Part shown: positions 54,185-63,163 of the stretch, piece by piece
Layout of the letters: each line of letters opens with the position of its first letter
Numbering within the stretch: the stretch's first letter is position 1
DNA from: Cyanidioschyzon merolae
Lineage: Eukaryota
NCBI GenBank assembly: GCA_000091205.1
Contig: AP006498.2
Length of the DNA stretch: 64,000 nt
Reading direction: 5' to 3' (one strand)
Translations under genes and position numbers: made by a program
Notes under the pieces: model-generated
Told to the model about the DNA's origin: nothing
What the model saw: only the letters and a program-made list of their open reading frames with translations
Database searches by the model: none

Positions 54185-57100
54185 TCAAGCGTCAGTGTTC
54201 TCTAGGGCGCTGACTTTGGCACGCGCCATATCGATGACAGGGTGCGGGAATCCAGCCATTTCAGCAATATGGATACCAAAGGATCTTTCGCTCGGTCCCG
54301 GGCGTAGTTCATAGAGAAAGACAAGGCTGGCAGCGGGAGTGCCTCTGCCGCGGTCATTGATTTCGCTGTCGTCGTTGTCGCGATGCACCTGAGCGACGGC
54401 GACATGGGCGTTCAGCATCCGATGGCTCCAGGCTCCTTGGGCAAGCTTGGTAAGCTCATGAAAGTGGGTCGCGAAGAGCGTCCATGAAGCGCGCGACGCC
54501 AGCGCTTCACACAAGGCGGCAGCGAGGCCGAAGCCCTCAGCTGTGCTCGTTCCGCGTCCAAGCTCGTCGACCAGAACCAGACTGGACGATGTGGCGTGCC
54601 GAAGAATGGTCGACATGTCGAGCATCTCGGCCATGAAGGTACTGATGCCGCGGGTTTGCATATCGCCAGCACCGACACGCACCAAGATCCGGTCAACTAC
54701 GGGTAACGAGGCAGCGTCGGCGGCCACGAAACAACCGCAGTGAGCCATGAGCACGGCGAGTCCGACCGAGCGCAGCGTTACCGATTTGCCGCCCATATTG
54801 GGGCCGGTAATCAGGAGCAGACGCCTCGGATGGGTGAGCACCACATCATTGGCGACAAAAGTGTGCTCGCCTTGGAGCGCGAGTTCCACCAGGGGATGGC
54901 GGAGGCCTCGCAAAATGACGCCGCTGCTTTCGTGCGCTTCGAATTCGTCCGATTCAACTAGTCGCGGGCGACAGAACTGACGCTCCGCTGATATCATCGC
55001 AAATGCGACGAGCATGTCCAGAAGCGCAAGGACGTGGCCGAGAACCTCGAGCATGGACGCATATTTGGCAAAGTGTCCAAACACTTGCGCCAATGTGGAG
55101 CGCTGCACCGCCACATAGCGTTGCTCCGCGGCGGTGTACGCGCTACTCCAGCGCCGAAGAGCGCTCGTTGTGAACCGAACACCGTCCTTGCGCGTTTCAA
55201 GGACGGTAATGGATTCTTTGCCGCGAATGCAAACTTCATCCTTGCGCGTCACCCGAAAGCAGAATCCGAGTCCGTCTTTGCGCTCTAGTTTGAGCCAGTC
55301 ACCGCCAGATCCACGCACGCCGTCATCTTGCTGGAGCGCTGCTATCGTCTGCTGATACGTCCGATTCATTTCTTCAAGACAAGTGTCCATTTCCCCACGG
55401 ATCTGGGTCATCTCAGTGCTCATGCTCGGTCGCAGCAAGTACTCGTGGTTTGTAATGCGCTCCAAATCGATGAAACGCTCCACATCTTCGATAAATTCCT
55501 GAGCTGCTGGTGCAACTGCCGCCAATCGATCAGCAATATCGCTCCGAAGCACTTGACAACACCGGGGACGGGTCTCTGTGTGCGCCAGCAACAGATCTTC
55601 CAGTTCCGAGCGCAAGGCCGGCAGTCTCACCAGGCTCTGATAGAGGCGCACCAGTTGTCGCAGCGATGTTTTGTCTCGCGCAAGTCGCCGCGCTATGGTG
55701 ATGAGATCCGCGAATCCTTTCAGATGATAATCAGCGAGTCGCTGTCGCGCGATAACATCATGGACCAGGAGCTCCACCAGATCGAGCCGTCGTTCGATGG
55801 CTTCGCGGTTACCCAGCGGTTCAATCAGGGCAGTTCGCAGCAGTCGCGAGCCCATCGGTGTTCGACACCGGTCAAGCAGGCACCAGAGGGAGCCCGGTGG
55901 AGGACTCGACGGCGATGCCGGACCGGTTTCATCGCCCCAAAGCACATGGAGTGCCTTCAAGGCAGCAGCGTCGAGCTGGAGATTCTGTCTCCAAGCGAGC
56001 TGCTCAATGCGGTAGCGACCCCGTTCACCAACGCGCTGACCCAAATCAAGAAACCTGACGCACATGTGCGCGCAATCTGTTGCTAGTTTCATCGAGAACA
56101 TCTCATCAAGCGTTAGTGCCTCGGGTCGCCAAGCGTCATCGTCACGTTGGCATGAGTCGGGAGTTTCGGATTCAGCAACAAGCCACCGAAGGTCGTGCTC
56201 GGCGCCTAGGCCTCCACGGCGCACTGGGCGGAGCATGGCGCGAGCGATGCCGCCAATCCGTTCGAGGGCAGCGTCCAACTGGTGAAGTTCATATTCGGCA
56301 AGATCGCCGTCTTGGAGGACAAGCTCTCGTGCTCCGCTCCGCACCAGAGCCCGCTCTATCCAGTCAGTTAGCAGAAAGGCTTCACCAGAGGCGTCCTCCT
56401 GGCACTCGATCACCCGAAAAAGCCCCGCATGCGGAATGCAGTGGCAAGCGGCGACCATACGGCAGTGGCGGTGCCCAGTGTTGCTCTGTTCACCTGTGGC
56501 TCTCGTACGTACAGCGAGCACGCCGGCCGTTTCACCAACAAGCGCGATGCCTTCGGCATCTACGACACTGTCGCCATCAGCGAGTCCGGAGCTGTCCTGG
56601 GCTCGCGTGTTTCCCGGTAGATAGCTTGTGAGCGGACCTACTCTAGCCGGACTGCCAGCCGCTGCGAGAAACCACTTATTCGCAATTTGTAGCGGAAATC
56701 CGAAACCGCGTGCTTCACTTGTACTCGCGCTTCCCAACCGGCTCCCTGCGGCGTAAACTGCGACGGCCTTGCCAGCCTCCAGTCCGGCCAGAACCCAGGT
56801 TGCTAGTGTCGCATTCGTGCTAGCTCGCACCCGAGCCAGGTACCATTCCAGCACCCGCTGCTGCGCTTGACACGTCACCGAAACTCGAACGCTCTCAGTT
56901 TGCAGCTGCGTAGAAAGCAGCCCGGCATCGCCGCTCAGCAACCAGAAACCAGCGGATGTCGACGCGAACTGGAGCACAAGCAGCACCGTGGAAGGATCGT
57001 ACGCAACCGCGGCATCCGCCTCCAGTTGTGACTCGAACCACTCTCGTCCAAATTTATCCACCCCAGAAACACCTCCAAAGACCTGAACGAGGGCATCAGA

Positions 57101-57250
57101 GCCGTGCGCTCCCTGTACGTGAACCATCGCTGCTAGAAGCAGGTGCACTTGTGCGAAGCTCGCGGACTCGGTTGGCGCCAAATGAAAATCCTGCGTGCTG
57201 CTGCGCAGCGTCTTAGATATATTGGTACAAACTCGACCACAGCCCCGCAT
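54185..57250 (-). CDS. MSH2: DNA mismatch repair protein MSH2 (MutS homologue 2)
   Basis: Collinear with MSH2 through the connector, lever and clamp regions (LLDRCRTPMGSRLLRTALIEPLGNREAIERRLDLVE...; ERITNHEYLLRPSMSTEMTQIRGEMD...FCFRVTRKDE...VRFTTSAL). Walker A motif: ITGPNMGGKS. The block STFMAEMLDMSTILRHATSSSLVLVDELGRGTSTAEGFGLAAAL...FATHFHELT is present. The MSH2-specific C-terminus is SFGIHIAEMAGFPHPVIDMARAKVSALE. The N-terminus may be over-extended, with an alternative Met at ~57127. Confidence 0.92.
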   Translation of the reverse strand: MRGCGRVCTNISKTLRSSTQDFHLAPTESASFAQVHLLLAAMVHVQGAHGSDALVQVFGGVSGVDKFGREWFESQLEADAAVAYDPSTVLLVLQFASTSAGFWLLSGDAGLLSTQLQTESVRVSVTCQAQQRVLEWYLARVRASTNATLATWVLAGLEAGKAVAVYAAGSRLGSASTSEARGFGFPLQIANKWFLAAAGSPARVGPLTSYLPGNTRAQDSSGLADGDSVVDAEGIALVGETAGVLAVRTRATGEQSNTGHRHCRMVAACHCIPHAGLFRVIECQEDASGEAFLLTDWIERALVRSGARELVLQDGDLAEYELHQLDAALERIGGIARAMLRPVRRGGLGAEHDLRWLVAESETPDSCQRDDDAWRPEALTLDEMFSMKLATDCAHMCVRFLDLGQRVGERGRYRIEQLAWRQNLQLDAAALKALHVLWGDETGPASPSSPPPGSLWCLLDRCRTPMGSRLLRTALIEPLGNREAIERRLDLVELLVHDVIARQRLADYHLKGFADLITIARRLARDKTSLRQLVRLYQSLVRLPALRSELEDLLLAHTETRPRCCQVLRSDIADRLAAVAPAAQEFIEDVERFIDLERITNHEYLLRPSMSTEMTQIRGEMDTCLEEMNRTYQQTIAALQQDDGVRGSGGDWLKLERKDGLGFCFRVTRKDEVCIRGKESITVLETRKDGVRFTTSALRRWSSAYTAAEQRYVAVQRSTLAQVFGHFAKYASMLEVLGHVLALLDMLVAFAMISAERQFCRPRLVESDEFEAHESSGVILRGLRHPLVELALQGEHTFVANDVVLTHPRRLLLITGPNMGGKSVTLRSVGLAVLMAHCGCFVAADAASLPVVDRILVRVGAGDMQTRGISTFMAEMLDMSTILRHATSSSLVLVDELGRGTSTAEGFGLAAALCEALASRASWTLFATHFHELTKLAQGAWSHRMLNAHVAVAQVHRDNDDSEINDRGRGTPAASLVFLYELRPGPSERSFGIHIAEMAGFPHPVIDMARAKVSALENTDA

Positions 57251-57280
57251 GCGGCAACAGCGCTGCAGCGAATCCCCTTT

Positions 57281-57707
57281 TGGGTGACAGGCGCATGGAA
57301 GACTGCAGTGCTCGTTAGGTTTCTGGATTTCTATTCTTTCCGAACTTTAGAAATGTACAGTATCGAAAAGCAGGAATGCGAGCTTACGGATCCGCGAGTC
57401 ATTCAAGAATTTGCGCTCGTCTGCTCCAAGTGACTCCTGCGACACCCTGCCGCCCGAATGTGTGACGTCACTGGGAATCCAGATGACTCGCGACACCTAC
57501 CAGCGAGGACTGATTCCTAAAATTAAAGACATGTTGAGCCACGATGGATACGTACGGGTTCCTGCTGCTCGTTCTTACGAAGAAAATGCCAATGGCAAGC
57601 GAGCCTCACGCGACAAATCCGTCTGGTGGAGGCCGTGGGTCAGCGATCGCCGCCAACGTCGAATTCGGGTCTTGAACGCTGCCAGCAACATCCACCAACT
57701 GCTGACA
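57281..57707 (+). repeat. Direct repeat copy 2 (427 bp), same orientation as 52651..53077, beginning about 30 bp 5' of the MSH2 ORF start
   Basis: See copy 1. The TGACGTCA octamer is at 57463..57470. Confidence 0.9.
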
Positions 57708-58407
57708 ACGGAAATGGAAGGACAGTCGAGACCAGCGTATTTAAAGCCAGAGATGGGAGACAGGCTAAGGAAATCGTCGCAGAAAAATTCCACAGTGACA
57801 GGGGCCGTTTACAAAAGGAAGAGTCCCAAAATATACCGCTTGCACCCGATCCAGCGGCTTGACTCCGTTCGGTTGGAAGCTGGCACCGGCGTAAGATCGT
57901 CGGTAACGCGTAGAGTCCCAGACATACGGGTACGACCTACGCAATGGATCCGCGTACGGAACGAACGCTTTCTTAGAGTGCAGAATCCTTGACATCAGGC
58001 TCGGATTTCCGGTCGTGCGCTGGTCTTCCACGTCCGAGGAGGTTTCTATCACGCAGCACCGCACCTGCGAATTCCCGTAGCCACGACCCATTCTTCCGTA
58101 TGGGGATAATGGTTCGTTCATACGATCCGACAGATACCAAGCGTGCATTGTGCATCTTCTGTAACGCCTAAAATGCTGCTGCGTACACTGCACGGAAAAA
58201 GGACGCGTTCGTCACACTCCTGAACGCTCGTCGAGTCGAGACAGCGTTGCTGAGCCCGCACCCGCAGACGCGATCTTGGTGATCTATTGCCATTGGCCCA
58301 CAGTGCTGCATTGGCATTGCGAGAAACGCTGAGAACTACCCCTGCTGGAAGGACGCGCACGTTTCGAGTTAGTATGCCAGATTAGGAGTCCCGGGGGTAG
58401 AGGCTCG

Positions 58408-59469
58408 ATGCAGCTGTGGCTCGCTGACGCTGTCGCTCGCGCAGTCGTGCACGCTCGTGCAAAGGGTGCCATTTTCGGCATTGAAACGACTTCCACTGTA
58501 GTGCTCGATCACGGAATTCCATTTCTTGTGCGCATCGTGTCGAGCTTACGTGACAAACCGGTTAACGAACAAGGAGAAAGCGCTGCTAGTTCTGAAGAAC
58601 CCCCGGGACCTGTAGATGCGGCGGACGGAGCGTTAGGGCTGGCCGAGCGTGCAGCCACTTCGCACGTGGAGCTAGGCGTGTTTCCGGACCCGTTCCTGCC
58701 CTATGAAGAAGACCTGTACGTGGGCGATGTGCCACCTGCGCACGTCTGCCTGTTAAACAAGTTTAACGTTGTAGAAGGGCACCTACTCGTCGTGACCCGT
58801 GCCTTCCGGGAACAAACGCACCTGCTGGACAGCGGTGACTGCACGGCAATCTGGCACTGTCTGCGCCAGTATCCGGGCCTAGGTTTCTACAACTCCGGTA
58901 AAGTGGCCGGCGCTTCTCAGCGTCACAAGCACTTACAGCTCATACCCGTAGCTGGTGTGGAGGCTGTGCCTATTCACGAGAAAGTGGAAGAAGCGGCACG
59001 TTCCCGCGAGGAGCAGACCGGATGTTTTGTGGTACCCGCGCTGCCCTTCAAACATGCGATCATTGGCATGCACGATCTCTACTCAGAGTCTAAATCGGAT
59101 GCGGAAATCGGGGCAGCCATGCATTCCCGTTACATGCAGCTGCTGCACTTCACAATCGAGGAACTCGGTGTACCCGCTTCATCATGGATGGCGTGGGAGG
59201 CTCGGTCGCATCACCCGCCAGCGTCTGCAGTAGGCCATCCGGCAAACGACAGTGAAACGGCGCATCCGTTCCCGTATAACCTTCTCTTGACCAGCAACTG
59301 GATGATGTTGGTGCCTCGACGTCACGAAAAGTTTCTAGGAGATATAAGCGTGAATGCGTTGGGGTTTGCGGGGTTTCTTCTAGCGAAAAATGAGTCACAG
59401 AGGGATCTCATTGTGAAGCACGGCCCCTTGAAGGTCCTGGCGCAAGTGGGGATTCCCTGGAACCACTGA
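58408..59469 (+). CDS. ATP adenylyltransferase / Ap4A phosphorylase (Apa1/Apa2-like, GalT branch of the HIT superfamily)
   Basis: CLLNKFNVVEGHLLVVTRAFREQTHLLDSGDCTAIWHCL...GFYNSGKVAGASQRHKHLQLIPV matches the Apa1/2 pattern (H.LLNKFPV...H.L..T..F..Q...L ... NCG..AG.SQ.HKHLQ). It includes the HxHxQ nucleotidyl-transfer motif. Confidence 0.65.
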   Translation: MQLWLADAVARAVVHARAKGAIFGIETTSTVVLDHGIPFLVRIVSSLRDKPVNEQGESAASSEEPPGPVDAADGALGLAERAATSHVELGVFPDPFLPYEEDLYVGDVPPAHVCLLNKFNVVEGHLLVVTRAFREQTHLLDSGDCTAIWHCLRQYPGLGFYNSGKVAGASQRHKHLQLIPVAGVEAVPIHEKVEEAARSREEQTGCFVVPALPFKHAIIGMHDLYSESKSDAEIGAAMHSRYMQLLHFTIEELGVPASSWMAWEARSHHPPASAVGHPANDSETAHPFPYNLLLTSNWMMLVPRRHEKFLGDISVNALGFAGFLLAKNESQRDLIVKHGPLKVLAQVGIPWNH

Positions 59470-61101
59470 GGATCGGACAGGGCCGTCTTCGTGCGAATTG
59501 GATGTTTTTGCATTATGCTATATGGAGCAGTTGTTTCCAGCAGCGGTAGATGGATACTGTCCTTAAGTGAGGACTGTGTGAAGGGTTTTGCACCCATCAT
59601 AGTTTCCTAACGCTAGATGCAGTTGAGCGTAATCGCACGGAAACGGTTGCGAACGCAGCAGAACGAGTCCTATGTAGTTTACAATAAAACGCCTGGGATA
59701 TCGCATCTCGACAACGACGGCAGGTGCGCCATACAACAGACATTGCTCGCTATCGTCATTGGACCTCGATACACGCAGTCATATCGAATAAAAGAACATC
59801 ATTTTTGTTCAGCAAATTCCCAGGAAAATCGTTCTTGGTGGGTAGATACGGTGCGCAGACCTGGCTCGGTTGCTGATCTGCAGCGTACCAGAGCCTTGTG
59901 TCAGGCGAGAATCCGATGCCGTCATTTCTGGCTACCGTTTTTGTCTCATCGCAAGCCGTCAGCGTTTTACTCCAATGGCCACAATGAGTTCTCAGCCATT
60001 CCACTGGTAGTTCGCTCGACACAAAGCCGCTGGATGCTCTGGCAAAGCAATCGATGCTCCCGGATTTTGATCGAGGCTTTCAGGTCTTTGTGCATCAAGT
60101 GTTTTTGCGCATGATTGCTGGTGGAATCGTACCGCGGCAAGCCCTGTATCTGCAAATGCCTCGCTGAGGCATGTTCGGTCAGCTTTGCGCACACTCTCCA
60201 GCGCTTCCGGCTCTATTGCATGCGCTTCTTGTCTGCGCATTTCAGGGTGCAGGCGTGCTCGAGATGTACATATTGTTTTCCAAACGCATCGATGGGCATC
60301 GTCCAAAATCGATGCCAGTACTCGGTTTACGCCGTCGTCGAAGGAGCCGGAGCGAAGCCTATGCGCGCTACAGCATGTCCGGTGCGATACGCGATCACCA
60401 GATAACGCGACTTGTCGACGGTTCCCGTTTCCAGCTCAGAGAACAAGTTGTTGAATGCCCGCTTCTCGTCTTTGACCTATTGAAAGTATTGGCGAAAGCG
60501 GCGCGGCTTCATATATTCCTGCCAAATATCGTCTGCAGGAGCCGTTCGGACCCCGATGCACGCTCTTTATGAAGCGTCCAAATCGTTTCGCCACTCAATA
60601 CGGAGCTCTGAGCGTCGCGATGGCTCCCAACATGGTCATTCCGTGCCATGGTATCGCAGCTGGCGTCCGGCAAGCACGACTCGTGGAAATCACGAGTCGT
60701 TTAGAAGCTGAGCAGCATGATCTGATTTCCGTCTAGGTCTCCAGTGACGTCCTCTTGATGGAGAGGTACGGCAACGGCCGTGATTTCCTTGAACCCCCAG
60801 TCGACGCTCGGTAGAAACGCATTCCCGCCATTTCTATGGAAGGCTTGAAAAAGATTCTCGTTTCTCGACGTACGCCTAGGTTTCATCCTGTGCATGCAGA
60901 TTGACAGACAATCTGTTTCTGTCGTGCCTGCTTACATCTTCCCACTTGCTCCCTGCAAACGTGAAACCTTGAACGAGCTCCGCCAACATTCTTCGTAAAT
61001 TTCACCGAATTTTTCGTTGTTGATCGAAGCGATCAGTTACTTTACCTCCTCGTCTACCTGGCGACGCTGCATGGTTGTGACCTTTGTTGTGTATATCCCG
61101 T

Positions 61102-61818
61102 TTATCTTTTGGATTTAGACACACTTGATCGACGATAACACTGAAACGTGTCACTTCTATCTATGTACACACTAATCCTCTGGTAACATGTCGTCAGCGT
61201 TTCCGTCGCGGGCACGTCAACCGACCGGGGCTCGCCTTTGCAGCCCTCACGAGCAGGGGCACAACAGCGACAGAGCAGTTCGGAATTGCTGAAGTTAAAG
61301 AGCGACTTGTGGAAGAACTGCGGTCTCACGTATGCGAGCGACTCGTCTATTCATCCGTGAGCATGTAAATTGGCTTTTGACTACACACAAGATGCTTTCG
61401 ACTGGATTCAACCTCGGAGAATAGGCTGGCACGAAGAGCAGCTCAACGCCAATCCCAGCAACGTGCTGTTTGACAGATTTTTCGTGAACGAAAGCGAGTT
61501 TATCCAAGACATCGATAGAAGAATGTGAAACGTCGGAGTCAAGAAGAGTCATTGGACACCGGATGCGCTGTTGAACGATCCGGTGTGCTTAGCGATTTGC
61601 AGGCGACCAAAATGCAGCATCGCTGCTTCGACGGACGTTCTCGTCATTTTCGCGTGTCTACGGTTTACGGACAGCGTTTTGTCCGACTTTGAGTACCCAC
61701 ACGCAGACCGACCATTTCCTCCGAATGACTTGTCATTCAGTGAGATTTGCACCAGTTTCTCCTGTAAAAACCTTTCGCGATTCACTGCGGAATCGATACT
61801 TGTATTGTATTCAATCAC
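61102..61818 (-). pseudogene. Decayed Tc1/mariner-superfamily DDE transposase remnant (frameshifted; catalytic DLNPIE degraded to RLNPVE)
   Basis: Three consecutive minus-strand ORFs in different frames (61549..61818, 61295..61552, 61102..61329). The middle one reads LDKLAFVHEKSVKQHVAGIGVELLFVPAYSPRLNPVESI, which parallels Tc1 ...[38 protein letters not shown]. The upstream ORF has ...SLNDKSFGGNGR... (compare FSDESKFNLFGSDGR) and ...MLHFG (compare MVWGC). The local sequence is AT-richer than the surrounding window. Confidence 0.5.
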
Positions 61819-63163
61819 ACATGACAGTCTCCCAGGGAAGCGTACCTGTCTCTTTGTCTATCTGTGCTTCTTCATCATCGCTCATAGCCAAGGTATGGAA
61901 GCTTTTCATTACTTGGCTTCGTTGGTGGAGTTTCTCACCGGACACACGGGGTGGAATGGTCTCACACGGAGGCTGGCACGTAGCTAGCGTTAGCTCGGCT
62001 CCGTTTTGTGGGCACGAAGTTCAAATTAAGGACGACGAGAAGCCCTGTTCATCCGCCGGCTGTCTTTAGGATGACTGGATTGTATAAGAGACGTCGAGTT
62101 TCCGACGCCAGCGATGGCAGCATAAAAGCTGTCTGAGATCTTTCTTCAGTCCATAAGGTCCAGTTTTTTGTTAAATCATTACGAAAAAACTAGTAGAACA
62201 CAAAGGATGAGCAGATCCAGGCAATCCAGACGTTACTGCCTTCCATGCAGAGATGTTCGAGGCGATACCAGCGCGTTTTTGGCGTGCCCTCCCGTTATAT
62301 CGGAACGCAGAATATCTCGATTTCCATGACTCCGACATAGAGTCCCGAATGTGGCTTCGGCTTGCCACAAAAGAGCCGGGAGCGTTCCTGCATATGCGCC
62401 TATGACTAGCTGACAGGCTCACCGTCACTAGAGCTGAGCAGCTCCGCGTCGCTGCACGCTCCTGCTCACGCTGGGTGCACGAGTCGCCTCCTGGCCCCCA
62501 GCGACTGCAGTACCTGCGAGCGAAGCTTGCAAACGTCTGAAGCGATGTGCAAAGTGCGGCAAACAATCCGCACGCAGCAAGTTGTATGGTCACGTTGTGC
62601 GCTTCACGCACCATGAACGTCCACGAAACTCAAGGGCCGCCTCGCTCTTTCGTGTAGTCCGTGGGACACACCAACTGGCGCAGCGCTTTCACCCCGTCCC
62701 TCTGTCGTGTTCCTAATTCGAACGCGTGCAATCCTTATCAAACCCTCTCTCCAGAGGTGATCTCCGTAGAGAACGATGAGCATGCAACTATGCGTCAGGA
62801 AGAATACCTGCGACAGGTTCCCCACGTTCTTGCGTACGAAACAGATACCCCAGTAACAGGGCAAGGCAGAAGACGTGCCTGAGGGCCAACACTCGCACAG
62901 GCCTCTTCCGCTAGAACATCGAAATTTGGCCGCACTTTTCACACACAGACAACATTCTCGCAATAAAAACTGGTGTTACCGGTCCATTTTCATGCAACGC
63001 GGCCTCGTGTCTGGTTGTGAGCGCACCAGCTTGCCCAGCACCTCAGCGCCTACGCAATGCAGCAGAGGACCACCGCCGCTCCCCGAGAACGGTTGCGCGT
63101 ACCGGCGACGTGCCGCTGCAGTCGCTCAACTCGCGCTGGGAACAGAGCGCTTAAACAACTTGC

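Noticed and set aside
11710-57250. MUTYH and MSH2 as a linked DNA-repair gene cluster
   Set aside because: They are about 41 kb apart, separated by a dozen unrelated genes, and on no shared regulatory unit. Co-occurrence in one window is most simply coincidence.
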